Positions 20,302 through 29,739 of a stretch of 64,000 bases of DNA are shown here, piece after piece. How positions within the stretch are numbered: the first letter of the stretch is position 1; every line of letters starts with the position of its first letter. Source of the DNA: Patescibacteria group bacterium. GTDB taxonomy: Bacteria > Patescibacteriota > Minisyncoccia > Phycocordibacterales > UBA9973. The stretch spans positions 83,179-147,178 of the forward strand of contig JBBTUV010000003.1 of NCBI GenBank assembly GCA_038063535.1, in the 5' to 3' direction. The notes below the pieces were generated by a model that saw only the letters and a program-made list of their open reading frames with translations, did not search any database and was not told the origin of the DNA. Made by a program: the position numbers and the translations under genes.

Positions 20302-20832
20302 ATGGAAAAAGACCAAAGAAAAAAGAATACTGCACGCCGGGCCTTCGGAAGGCCGAAGCCGGAATTCGACCAGAAAATCATTTCAATCCGGCGGGTCACG
20401 CGAGTGGTCGCCGGAGGCCGCCGCTTCTCTTTCTCGGTGGCGCTCCTCGCCGGAGACAAGAAAGGCACAGTTGGCCTCGGACTCGGCAAGGCCGCGGATA
20501 CGTCACTTGCAATAAATAAAGCTCTCCGGAGCGCCAAGAAAAATATGGTCAAACTCCGCCTCACTAAAACCTATTCGATACCACACGAGCTTTCGGCGAA
20601 GTTCGGAAGCGCGAGGATCATGCTTCTTCCGAACCGGGGACGGGGCCTGGTGGCCGGCTCGGTGCTCCGGGACATCGTCAAGCTCTCGGGCATGAGAGAC
20701 GTAACCGGTAAAGTCCTCTCAAGGAGCAAGAACAAATTGAATAACGCGAAGGCAACGATCTTGGCGCTCGCTCCGATATCCACAAAGAATCCGAAAACCG
20801 GACCCGAGATAAGCACTTATGCAAATCAATAA
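20302..20832 (+). CDS. rpsE: 30S ribosomal protein S5
   Basis: dsRBD-like RRVTRVVAGGRRFSFSV plus S5 C-terminal domain. Confidence 0.92.
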   Translation: MEKDQRKKNTARRAFGRPKPEFDQKIISIRRVTRVVAGGRRFSFSVALLAGDKKGTVGLGLGKAADTSLAINKALRSAKKNMVKLRLTKTYSIPHELSAKFGSARIMLLPNRGRGLVAGSVLRDIVKLSGMRDVTGKVLSRSKNKLNNAKATILALAPISTKNPKTGPEISTYANQ

Positions 20833-21115
20833 TTTAAAAAGGAAAAATCGGAATATGCGCGACCGCATTGTCGGCCGTGGGGGCAAACACGCCAAAACTT
20901 CCGGCCGCGGCGGGAAGGGTCAGACTGCTCGAGCCGGCAACAAGCGCCGGCCAGAATTGCGTGACATCATCAAGAAACTCCCGAAGAATCGGGGTTACAA
21001 GTTCAAATCCATTCGGAAAGCAAAGGTTGTTTCGGGAGAATCAGCGGGGAAGAAATCATTTTCCGCCCTACGCAAGGAGCTTAAGATAAAGGGTGGTAAA
21101 ATAGTCATAAGATAA
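20819..21115 (+). CDS. rplO: 50S ribosomal protein L15 (minimal 98-aa form). No L30 gene lies between rpsE and rplO.
   Basis: GRGGKHAKTSGRGGKGQTARAG L15 Gly-rich motif. Sits directly upstream of secY. Confidence 0.8.
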   Translation: MQINNLKRKNRNMRDRIVGRGGKHAKTSGRGGKGQTARAGNKRRPELRDIIKKLPKNRGYKFKSIRKAKVVSGESAGKKSFSALRKELKIKGGKIVIR

Positions 21116-22386
21116 TGCAAACTTTTTGGAACAAACTGAAGCTTACCTGGACAGATCCCGGGCTCCGGAGGCGCATTTTATTTGTTCTCGGAGCTCTGGT
21201 AATTTTTCGGCTGCTCGCCTCGATTCCGATTCCGGGTATCGACGCGCTTCAGCTTAATCGCTTCCTTTCGAATAACCAATTCTTTGGGATACTCAATATT
21301 TTTTCCGGCGGAGGTCTTTCAAATCTCTCCATCCTCATGCTCGGAGTAGGCCCTTATATTACGGCCTCGATCATCATGCAGCTTCTCACAATCATGGTAC
21401 CCGCGCTTAAACGCATGTATCACGAAGAAGGTGAGGCGGGAAGAAAAAAGTTTACCCAGTACTCAAGGATACTCACAGTTCCGCTTGCCGCTATCCAGGG
21501 ATTTTCACTTCTCGCCATTCTCGAGAGCCAGAATATACTTCTGGACGTGGCACTCTTTGATCAGATTACCAATATCGTGGTGGTAGTCGCCGGAGCGATG
21601 CTCCTTATGTGGATCGGAGAGCTTATTACCGAGTTCGGCATCGGAAACGGCGTTTCCCTTCTCATCTTTGCCGGTATCGTGGCACAGCTTCCTACTGAGG
21701 TCGGCCAGCTCATCTTCTCTTTCGACACTTCACAAATTCCACTCTACCTCCTCTTTGTCGCGGTCGGGGCGCTGGTGATAGCGCTGGTGGTGTTCATCAC
21801 CGAAGCGGAAAGGCCGATACCAGTAACTTACGCAAAACAGGTGCGGGGGATGAAAATGTACGGCGGGGGTTCGACATATCTTCCACTTCGGGTGAATCAG
21901 GCGGGGGTCATCCCGATAATCTTCGCTCTCTCGATCCTTCTTTTCCCGCAGATGATCGGTACTTTTTTGGCCCGCTTCGACGGGCCGATAATTTCGAAGA
22001 TCTCGAACGCGCTCGTTGCTTTCTCGCAAACCTCGGTTCTTTACGCTGTGCTCTATTTCGTCCTCGTCTTCCTGTTTACTTATTTCTATACCGCAGTCAC
22101 TTTCGACCCCGAGTCACTCTCGAACAATCTCCAGAAAAACGGCGCCTTTATTCCCGGCATCCGGCCCGGTGTTTCCACCGCGCAGTATATATCAAAGATA
22201 CTTACCAGGATCACCACACTGGGTGCGATATTCTTGGGCTTTGTGGCAGTTCTGCCCTTGATTATGAGGGCGGCTACCGGCATCACTGCGATTGCGCTCG
22301 GCGGTACCGCTCTCCTCATTGTCGTCTCGGTAGTACTCGATCTAATCAAGAAAATAGACGCGCAAGTATCGATGCGCGAGTATTAG
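21115..22386 (+). CDS. secY: Preprotein translocase subunit SecY
   Basis: 10-TM protein, GILNIFSGGGLSNLSILMLGVGPYITASIIMQLL plug/TM2 region. Confidence 0.95.
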   Translation: MQTFWNKLKLTWTDPGLRRRILFVLGALVIFRLLASIPIPGIDALQLNRFLSNNQFFGILNIFSGGGLSNLSILMLGVGPYITASIIMQLLTIMVPALKRMYHEEGEAGRKKFTQYSRILTVPLAAIQGFSLLAILESQNILLDVALFDQITNIVVVVAGAMLLMWIGELITEFGIGNGVSLLIFAGIVAQLPTEVGQLIFSFDTSQIPLYLLFVAVGALVIALVVFITEAERPIPVTYAKQVRGMKMYGGGSTYLPLRVNQAGVIPIIFALSILLFPQMIGTFLARFDGPIISKISNALVAFSQTSVLYAVLYFVLVFLFTYFYTAVTFDPESLSNNLQKNGAFIPGIRPGVSTAQYISKILTRITTLGAIFLGFVAVLPLIMRAATGITAIALGGTALLIVVSVVLDLIKKIDAQVSMREY

Positions 22387-22961
22387 CGTTCTGTTAGCCA
22401 CTCTCTGTAGCTTCTAACAATTATACGAGCAACCCCTTCGAGGTTGTTTTTGTTCGTGTCCACCACTAGATCGTAATTTTTTTTGTCGGTATGGTCTTCG
22501 ATGCTGTAGAGTTCTCTGTATCTTTTCCTTTCGCTCTCCAGGCGCTTGGTTATTTTTTCGTAAACTTCTTCCGAAGTTCCGGCACGTTTCTCGCTCGCTT
22601 GCCGCAGTTTGTTCTCCTCGAAATCCTTAAAAATTCTTTCTTTCGATATATTGAGCGGGAGGTCCAAAAATACCTTGAACGATTCAGGGATCCAGTGGAA
22701 GGCGAGCCGTGAATCTATTACCGTCCCGCCGCGATTGCGGAGTTTTTTCACTTCTTCATCTATCGCCTGGTCGATCGAGGTGTCTTTTTCCGCCATCTCC
22801 GAAAGTTTGTTCAGAGTCACGCCGCGCTCGAGCGCGATCTTGCGCATGAAATCTCCGCTCGAAAATCTGTCATAGCCGAGCTCTCGGGCCACCAGGTCAG
22901 CAGTCGAAGATTTTCCCGCCCCCGGTACCCCGTTTATCGTGATAATCTCCTTTCTTACCAT
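22383..22961 (-). CDS. Cytidylate kinase-like nucleoside-monophosphate kinase, reverse strand, inserted between secY and adk
   Basis: P-loop ITINGVPGAGKSST with NMP-kinase-sized protein (192 aa). Resembles archaeal-type CMP kinase. Assignment to cmk versus another NMPK is not secure. Confidence 0.55.
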   Translation of the reverse strand: MVRKEIITINGVPGAGKSSTADLVARELGYDRFSSGDFMRKIALERGVTLNKLSEMAEKDTSIDQAIDEEVKKLRNRGGTVIDSRLAFHWIPESFKVFLDLPLNISKERIFKDFEENKLRQASEKRAGTSEEVYEKITKRLESERKRYRELYSIEDHTDKKNYDLVVDTNKNNLEGVARIIVRSYREWLTER

Positions 22962-22973
22962 TGGGAAGATAAT

Positions 22974-23585
22974 ATGTTATATTCTCTAAGCATGCAAGGT
23001 GAAACATTCGTATTTTTCGGCATTGTGGGTTCCGGCAAGGGCACCCAGGTGAAACTCCTGAAAGAGTATCTTGAGAAAAAATCTGGAAGGGAGTGTGTGT
23101 ATATTGGCACGGGTGAGATCTTTAGAAAAATATTGCAGTCATCAGAAAATAATACTGACACGGAAATTGTAAAGGAAATTTTAAGTTCTGGCAGGTTAAT
23201 GCCAGATAGCGAGACTAATAAGCTCGTCGCGAATGCGATTAGGGCGCAGTGGGTGCCGGGAAAACACTTGCTTTTCGATGGCTACCCAAGAACTGTGCCT
23301 CAGTCGAAGTTTTTTGAAGAAATGACCAATTCCTACAAAATAGAAAATGTGAAAATTATTTATATTGAGCTTAGTAAAGATGAAGCAATGAAACGCAACC
23401 TGCTTCGCGGCAGGCACGATGACACGAAAGAGGGTCTCACGAAGAGGTTTGAAGAATATGAAAAAAATGTAGTACCCGCCATGAATTATTTTAAGGAAAA
23501 ATCGGGCTACACGATCTACCAAATAAATGGGGAACAGAGCATCGAGAATGTAAAGAAAGATATCATTAACGCTCTAAATTTATAA
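22974..23585 (+). CDS. adk: Adenylate kinase (short type); likely real start at internal Met (MQGETF...)
   Basis: GIVGSGKGTQ P-loop followed by NMP-binding and LID-less short form. Canonical position after secY. Confidence 0.8.
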   Translation: MLYSLSMQGETFVFFGIVGSGKGTQVKLLKEYLEKKSGRECVYIGTGEIFRKILQSSENNTDTEIVKEILSSGRLMPDSETNKLVANAIRAQWVPGKHLLFDGYPRTVPQSKFFEEMTNSYKIENVKIIYIELSKDEAMKRNLLRGRHDDTKEGLTKRFEEYEKNVVPAMNYFKEKSGYTIYQINGEQSIENVKKDIINALNL

Positions 23586-23586
23586 A

Positions 23587-24267
23587 ATGAACGAAACCAT
23601 AATCATTTCCCTGGGAGGATCCTTGATTGTGCCAGACGCCATCGACATTGAATTTTTAAAGGATTTTAAATCACTGATCCTGTCTGAAGTGGAAAAAGGA
23701 AAAAGATTCGTCATAATTACGGGCGGAGGTAAAATTGCGCGTAGATATATAGACGTCGCAAAAGATCTGGTGACACCGCCCGATGAGGATCTCGATTTTA
23801 TCGGGATAGCTGCCCTTAGGTTAAATGCGGAGCTACTAAGAGTAGTTTTCGGGAATCAGGCTTATTCAAAAGTTATTTCAGATCTATCGGGTGATCTTTC
23901 TTTTCAAGAATCGATAATCATAGGTTCGGCATATGAGCCGGGGCATAGCACGGATTGGGACGCAGTCTTGGCAGCCAAGAACAAAAAAGCGAAAAAGATC
24001 GTTAATTTGTCTAATGTAAATTATGTATATGATTCTGACCCAAATAAAAATCCCCATGCAAAAAAGATTGAAAAAATTTCCTGGGAAGAATATAAAAAAA
24101 TTATTCCGGGTAGTTGGACCTCGGGACTCAATTCTCCCTTTGACCCTACTGCGTCCGAGGAAGCGGAGGAAGCGGGGATAGAAGTGGTAATTATGAATGG
24201 AAAACCGCTTGATAATTTCGCAAATTATCTTGCGGGCAAAAGTTTTCAGGGTACAGTCATCTCTTAA
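23587..24267 (+). CDS. pyrH: Uridylate (UMP) kinase, archaeal/amino-acid-kinase type
   Basis: Amino-acid kinase fold (IISLGGSLIV...VIITGGGKIAR...). 226 aa typical of archaeal-type UMPK. Unusual location inside the spc-operon tail. Confidence 0.7.
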   Translation: MNETIIISLGGSLIVPDAIDIEFLKDFKSLILSEVEKGKRFVIITGGGKIARRYIDVAKDLVTPPDEDLDFIGIAALRLNAELLRVVFGNQAYSKVISDLSGDLSFQESIIIGSAYEPGHSTDWDAVLAAKNKKAKKIVNLSNVNYVYDSDPNKNPHAKKIEKISWEEYKKIIPGSWTSGLNSPFDPTASEEAEEAGIEVVIMNGKPLDNFANYLAGKSFQGTVIS

Positions 24268-24268
24268 T

Positions 24269-25027
24269 ATGATTGCAAAGACAAAAGAGGAGATTGAAAT
24301 CTTGCGCGAAGGGGGCAAGAGGCTCGGGGAGATTTTACAAAAAGTCGGGAAACTCGTTGCGCCGGGTATCTCTACGAAGAAGCTCGACGAGTACGCCGAG
24401 AAACTAATCCAGGAAGGCGGAGATACACCGGCTTTTTTGAATTATCAACCCGAAGGCGCGAAATATCCCTATCCGGCGAGTTTGTGCGTTTCTATAAATG
24501 ACGAAGTCGTGCACGGCATTCCGACTGCGGAGAAGATTTTAAAAGACGGCGACATTGTTGCCATTGATCTTGGCTTAAAACACCGAGGCCTATTTACTGA
24601 TGCGGCCATATCTGTGCCGGTGGGGAAAATCGATCCCGAATCAAAGAAACTACTCGAGACTACTCGCAAAGCTCTCGCGAAAGGGATTTCAGCCGCCCGC
24701 GCCGGGAATTATGTAGGCGATATAAGTTACGCCATAGAAAGCGCCATCCGCCCGCATGGCTACGGAATAGTAGAGATCCTCGCCGGGCACGGCGTTGGGC
24801 GGGCAATTCACGAAGACCCCTACGTGCCGAATTTCGGCAGGCCCGGCACGGGCGCAAAACTTGTGCCGGGGATGGTGATCGCTATCGAGCCGATGGTAAA
24901 CCTCGGAACGAAAAACGTGAAGCTTGATCCAGACGGCTACACTTACCGGACTCGCGACGGCTCACCGAGCGTCCACTTCGAGCACACGGTTTTAATAACC
25001 AACAAAGGTGCGGAAATCCTAACCTAA
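24269..25027 (+). CDS. map: Methionine aminopeptidase type I
   Basis: Pita-bread fold metal ligands (DIVAIDLG..., HGVGRAIHEDP, EPMVN). ORF-track start at 24197 is an extension overlapping pyrH. Confidence 0.92.
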   Translation: MIAKTKEEIEILREGGKRLGEILQKVGKLVAPGISTKKLDEYAEKLIQEGGDTPAFLNYQPEGAKYPYPASLCVSINDEVVHGIPTAEKILKDGDIVAIDLGLKHRGLFTDAAISVPVGKIDPESKKLLETTRKALAKGISAARAGNYVGDISYAIESAIRPHGYGIVEILAGHGVGRAIHEDPYVPNFGRPGTGAKLVPGMVIAIEPMVNLGTKNVKLDPDGYTYRTRDGSPSVHFEHTVLITNKGAEILT

Positions 25028-25046
25028 ATCTAGTATAATTATCTAG

Positions 25047-27770
25047 ATGGAGCCGTCGTTTTTTAAAGAGACTCCGAGATTCAAGACTCCGGAAGAGGAG
25101 CTTGAGTTTCTGCGCGCTCATGTGGCGCGCAGAGAGCAGGAGCTCGTGGGAAGAGGAGAAAATAAAGAGCAAGCTGTGCATGAGACGCTCGAGGCGTATA
25201 AGAAAATTCCGGCCGGAGAGCTGATTCATAAAGAGAACGCGATCGGAGAACACGAGGCGGATAAGATAGTTCTCAATCTAAAGCCGGAAGCACACGACAA
25301 GATAATGGAAGAGCTCCTTGGAATAGCGATGGCAAAAGGCATCAAGAACGCTCTTTCAGTGGTGGAGAAGATGAATAACCCGCATGTTGACGACGACTTT
25401 CACCGGCTGCTTATCCAATACATAAAAAGCGGGCCCAAAACGGAACTGAAGCAGCCTCTTCTCTCTGAACTCAATATGACTCTCTTTGAGGTCACTCTGC
25501 CGCCTCCTCAAGAAGAGGCAGACAAATCTAAGGGCTTTAAGGAGTTCATCGGCGCTATGGAGCAGTTTTATGCGGGCATGAGCTCGACCGAGGGCTATTT
25601 TACCCTTGAGGTCGCGCTTAGTGCGGCGAGCGACGAAGTGGTAGTCTACGCCGCGATCCCCAACAAATATATCTCACTATTTGAGAAACAAGTTCTCGCT
25701 TTTTATCACGACGCGAAAATCCGCGAAGTTTCCGATGACTACAATGTCTTCTCTGATATGGGCGCTTCGGTCGGCGCCTATGCCGAGCTCAAGGAGCGCG
25801 CGGTCATGCCCCTCAAGACCTACGACAATATCGATCACGACCCGATGAACACCATACTCAATGTCTTTTCAAAATTAAAGACTTCGGGTGAAGGAGCGGC
25901 GATACAGCTCGCCATTGCCCCGGCCGGAGACAAATACATCGACCAGTTCCATCATATTCTCGATGATGTGAAGGAGGGTATGTCGGTGAAGCACGCGGCG
26001 GATAATTTTTACAAGTTCAACAGGGCATTTCTGGATGTTGGTAAGGAGCTCGTCTTCGGCGTCAAGAAGCCCTCCGGTGAGAAAAAAGAGTCGGAAATGA
26101 AAGGGCGCAGGGCGGTGGACCAAGGGGCGGTCGAGAAGATCGGCAACAAAATAAAATCGAACGTGATGAAAGCGAACATTCGGGTGATCGCTTCCGCGGA
26201 GACACCGGGGCGGGCCCGGGATATACTGCGGGAAATAGAATCTTCCTTCAATCAGTTCTCCGAGGCGGCCTCGAATGCGGTCGTCTTCCTCGAGGAAAAA
26301 GGCTCGGATTTGAAGAAATTTTTCCACGATTTTTCCTATCGGGCGTTCTCCGAAGAAAAAATCATGCCGCTTAATCTCAAGGAACTTGCTTCGATCTTCC
26401 ATTTCCCGGTCGGTATCGGTTCCCAACCACAACTCAAAGAAGCCCGCTCCGGCATCGCACCTGCCCCGCTTGAGCTCGGGAGCGAAGGAATACTTCTTGG
26501 CATAAACAGCTACCGCGGGCGCGATACGGAGGTACACCTCGCGCGAGAAGACAGGATGCGGCATTTCTATGTGATCGGCCAGACCGGCACCGGAAAGACC
26601 AACATCATGCTCAATATGATCACGCAAGACATAAAGAATGGCGACGGCTGCTGCTATATAGACCCGCACGGCACGGACATCCAGACGATCCTCTCTCGAG
26701 TTCCCAAAGAGCGTGTCGATGACGTTATCTATTTCGACCCGGCGTATACAGCCAGACCAATGGGGCTCAACATGCTCGAGTATGACCCGAAGTATCCGGA
26801 GCAGAAAACTTTCGTAGTAAACGAAATGATGGGAATTTTCAATAAACTCTTTGATATGAAGATTGGGGGCGGGGCGATGTTTGAGCAATATTTCCGAAAC
26901 TCAGCGTTCCTCGTGATGGAAGACCCGACTTCAGGCTCGACCCTTCTGGAAATTACTCGCGTTTTGGCCGACAAAGAGTTTCGCGACATGAAATTAGCGC
27001 GCTGCAAGAACCCGATCATCAGGCAATTTTGGGTCTCGGCCGAGCAGACGACCGGCGACCAGTCGCTCGCAAACTTCGTGCCTTACATCTCTTCGAAATT
27101 CGACAACTTCATCTCAAATGACATCATGCGGCCGGTTGTACTGCAGCAGAATTCTGTGTTCAACTTCCGGAAGATCATGGACGAGAAGAAAATTCTCTTG
27201 GTTAACCTCTCGAAGGGGAGACTGGGGGACATAAACGCGAATCTGATCGGGCTCGTACTCGTAGGCAAGATACAGATGGCAGCGCTATCGCGAGTAGATA
27301 TGTTCGGCAAACCCATGAACGACTTCTATCTTTACATCGACGAGTTCCAGAACGTCACCACTGATTCGATCGCCTCTATCCTTTCGGAGGCGCGCAAATA
27401 CAGGCTGTCTCTTAACATCGCGCACCAGTACATCACCCAGCTTGAAGAGAACATCAAGAACGCGGTTTTCGGAAACGTCGGCTCGCTCGCAGTCTTTCGA
27501 GTGGGGACCGAGGATGCGAACTTTTTAGAAGCTAAGTTCAAGCCGATTTTCAACGCGCACGACATAACTAAACTTGAGAATTTTAATGCCTACATGTCCA
27601 TGCTGGTGGCCGGCTATCCCGTCAAACCCTTCAACCTTAAAACCCTGCCGCCTGAAGCCGGCAACCCTGGCATCGTTGACTCGCTTAAAGAACTTTCCTA
27701 CGTCAAATACGGCAGAGACAGGGGAGAAGTGGAAGCAGAAATCATGGCAAGGTTTAACACCATGCAGTAA
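25047..27770 (+). CDS. Large (907 aa) FtsK/HerA-superfamily P-loop ATPase with VirB4/VirD4(TraG/TraD)-like C-terminal domain and a ~480-aa N-terminal domain of unknown function
   Basis: Walker A GQTGTGKTN, DPHG motif, Walker B LYIDEFQN, distal LNIAHQYITQLE sensor-like motif. Architecture resembles T4SS ATPases/coupling proteins, but no other T4SS genes are nearby. Confidence 0.55.
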   Translation: MEPSFFKETPRFKTPEEELEFLRAHVARREQELVGRGENKEQAVHETLEAYKKIPAGELIHKENAIGEHEADKIVLNLKPEAHDKIMEELLGIAMAKGIKNALSVVEKMNNPHVDDDFHRLLIQYIKSGPKTELKQPLLSELNMTLFEVTLPPPQEEADKSKGFKEFIGAMEQFYAGMSSTEGYFTLEVALSAASDEVVVYAAIPNKYISLFEKQVLAFYHDAKIREVSDDYNVFSDMGASVGAYAELKERAVMPLKTYDNIDHDPMNTILNVFSKLKTSGEGAAIQLAIAPAGDKYIDQFHHILDDVKEGMSVKHAADNFYKFNRAFLDVGKELVFGVKKPSGEKKESEMKGRRAVDQGAVEKIGNKIKSNVMKANIRVIASAETPGRARDILREIESSFNQFSEAASNAVVFLEEKGSDLKKFFHDFSYRAFSEEKIMPLNLKELASIFHFPVGIGSQPQLKEARSGIAPAPLELGSEGILLGINSYRGRDTEVHLAREDRMRHFYVIGQTGTGKTNIMLNMITQDIKNGDGCCYIDPHGTDIQTILSRVPKERVDDVIYFDPAYTARPMGLNMLEYDPKYPEQKTFVVNEMMGIFNKLFDMKIGGGAMFEQYFRNSAFLVMEDPTSGSTLLEITRVLADKEFRDMKLARCKNPIIRQFWVSAEQTTGDQSLANFVPYISSKFDNFISNDIMRPVVLQQNSVFNFRKIMDEKKILLVNLSKGRLGDINANLIGLVLVGKIQMAALSRVDMFGKPMNDFYLYIDEFQNVTTDSIASILSEARKYRLSLNIAHQYITQLEENIKNAVFGNVGSLAVFRVGTEDANFLEAKFKPIFNAHDITKLENFNAYMSMLVAGYPVKPFNLKTLPPEAGNPGIVDSLKELSYVKYGRDRGEVEAEIMARFNTMQ

Positions 27771-27785
27771 TAAGATATATTTTTT

Positions 27786-28550
27786 ATGAAATTTAATTCT
27801 CTACAGTCTTTTCCGAAGTCCGCAGAAAACAGTAGGGAGGGGATAGTGGATACGCTACAACTTTTAAAAGTTGAGTCAATGTTAGGAAAGATTTACAAAT
27901 CTCACAGAGACCCAAACAAAAGAGCCGCCGCAGTTTTGCAAGAAGCTGAACCTTATTTTCGTCATATTAGTAAAGAAATTATTTCCAACGATAAAATAGA
28001 GGAAATAAAACAAGCTTTAGAGAAATATGGAAGAATCGAAGACCAGAAAGAGTTTGTAAAAAAAGTCATGGAGGCTTTAAGTGCGGTCTTTGCCCTTAGG
28101 AAAACGAACCCAAAAGAGTATGAAGAAGGGCTAGCTAGAGCAGCAAATGAAAAAGCAGGATATATAGAATTGAATAGAGTAGTAAGTTATGAAAAAAAGA
28201 GAAGAGGGATTATCGCACTTCATCATTCCTCGGCAAAAATGGTAAATCCGCTTCGGTTGAATGCTTTGTATAAGGAAGCTATGAAGAAATTAGCAAAGAT
28301 AGTTGCGGCTGATCCTGAGGTGAGACAGATTGAAGCTATTTCTTGGATTGTAGCAAAAGCCCCTGCTCTCTTTACAGAAAATGGCTTTACCGTAGAAAGA
28401 ATGAGAGATCTACCTAATTTGGATTATTTATCTCCTGTCACTTCGGGCGATATGAAAGACCAGCAGGGAAAGAGAATAGCTCTAGCGGTTATAAAAAGAG
28501 AAGATTTTTTGAATAGGTTTTTAGAAAAAAATGACAATGGAAGAATTTGA
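27786..28550 (+). CDS. Hypothetical protein (254 aa), AT-rich; translationally coupled to downstream CYTH gene
   Basis: Intact ORF, 20-nt overlap with the next gene. No recognisable motif. Confidence 0.45.
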   Translation: MKFNSLQSFPKSAENSREGIVDTLQLLKVESMLGKIYKSHRDPNKRAAAVLQEAEPYFRHISKEIISNDKIEEIKQALEKYGRIEDQKEFVKKVMEALSAVFALRKTNPKEYEEGLARAANEKAGYIELNRVVSYEKKRRGIIALHHSSAKMVNPLRLNALYKEAMKKLAKIVAADPEVRQIEAISWIVAKAPALFTENGFTVERMRDLPNLDYLSPVTSGDMKDQQGKRIALAVIKREDFLNRFLEKNDNGRI

Positions 28551-29127
28551 AATAAAATTTTTGGAAGTTAATGTGCCGGAGCTCGAGAAGAAGCTCCTCT
28601 CGATTGGGGCGGAGAAAGTGGGGGAATATGATCAACACATGTTTCTTTTTGATTATCCGGATTTTCGCTTAGATAAGGATCATTCTTGGGTAAAACTTAG
28701 AACTAACGGTAAGGAAACCACATTATCTTATAAGCAAAGAATAGGAGTAAAGTCGACGGATGGAAGTATCCCGGATCAAGGTATGAAAGAAATAGAAGTC
28801 GTAGTAGATAATTTTGAGAAGGTGTATGAGATATTTCTGGCTATGAGTTTTGTTATAAAAAGAGAAGTTCGAAACAGAAGACTGCGCTATAAGAAAGAAA
28901 GTTCTGTATTTGATATCGATTTTTGGCCTGAGATTCCTCCGTATGTGGAAGTCGAAGCAGACTCGCTTGAAAATGTGAAAAAGGCAGCAAGAGAACTTGG
29001 GTTTGACTCAGACAAGGGCCTTGTATGTTCTCCCCTCCAAGTCTATGCCCATTACGGATACGATATGGATCAATATAATTCTGTTACGCTAGAAGGCGGT
29101 TTAAAAAAAGTTGATTTTGCAAATTAA
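28531..29127 (+). CDS. CYTH-domain protein (triphosphate tunnel metalloenzyme / CyaB-like class IV adenylyl cyclase family)
   Basis: N-terminal EFEIKFLEV = ExExK signature of the CYTH fold. Size ~200 aa. Confidence 0.65.
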   Translation: MTMEEFEIKFLEVNVPELEKKLLSIGAEKVGEYDQHMFLFDYPDFRLDKDHSWVKLRTNGKETTLSYKQRIGVKSTDGSIPDQGMKEIEVVVDNFEKVYEIFLAMSFVIKREVRNRRLRYKKESSVFDIDFWPEIPPYVEVEADSLENVKKAARELGFDSDKGLVCSPLQVYAHYGYDMDQYNSVTLEGGLKKVDFAN

Positions 29128-29154
29128 ATTTTTTCTGTTAAGATAACAATCAAT

Positions 29155-29739
29155 ATGAAACACCCGAAAGAGGAACAGACGTTTGTCTTGGTGAAACCCG
29201 ACGGGGTCCGGAAGGGCCTGACGGGCGAGACAATCCGCCGCTTTGAGCAAAGGGACTTGAAGATAGTCGCTCTTGAGATGTTTTCTCCGACGCATGAGCT
29301 CCTTGATACGCATTACCCGAAAGACGAAGCATGGATAACCCGCCTGGGCGAGAAAACCAAGGCAACTTACGAGAAATACGGATACGACATGCTCGCGGAT
29401 TTTGGCACGACCGACACGGCGAAGGTTGGCCCGGAGATAAGGAAGTGGCTGGTTGACTACATGAAGAGCGCACCCCTTGTAAAAATGATCGTGCAGGGCG
29501 TTCACGCCGTTGACGTGGTCCGAAAGATCGCAGGGCCGACGATGCCGTACCTTGCCGAGGTCGGCACTATCCGCGGAGACTTCTCCATCGACTCTCCAGC
29601 CTTGGCAAACAAAGAAAAACGTGCCGTGATGAACATTTTGCATTGCTCCGAAACCGCCGAGGAAGCCGAACATGAGATCAAGCACTGGTTTGGCGCTTCG
29701 AAAACACACGATTATAAAAGATTCGGGGTTGACGAATAA
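29155..29739 (+). CDS. ndk: Nucleoside diphosphate kinase (divergent, with insertions)
   Basis: N-terminal ...TFVLVKPDGVRKGLTGETIRRFE... and catalytic-His region NILHCSET match the NDK pattern (NxxHGSD). Confidence 0.7.
   Translation: MKHPKEEQTFVLVKPDGVRKGLTGETIRRFEQRDLKIVALEMFSPTHELLDTHYPKDEAWITRLGEKTKATYEKYGYDMLADFGTTDTAKVGPEIRKWLVDYMKSAPLVKMIVQGVHAVDVVRKIAGPTMPYLAEVGTIRGDFSIDSPALANKEKRAVMNILHCSETAEEAEHEIKHWFGASKTHDYKRFGVDE

Noticed and set aside
25875-26888. 337-aa minus-strand ORF inside the large ATPase gene, plus similar long antisense ORFs (14278-14922 in rplB, 35482-36171 in ftsH, 29101-29760 over CYTH/ndk, 60548-61432 over pilM/pilN, 11421-11888 in tuf)
   Set aside because: They lie antisense to well-supported conserved genes, have no recognisable motifs, and arise from GC-rich third-position bias. 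Considered spurious.
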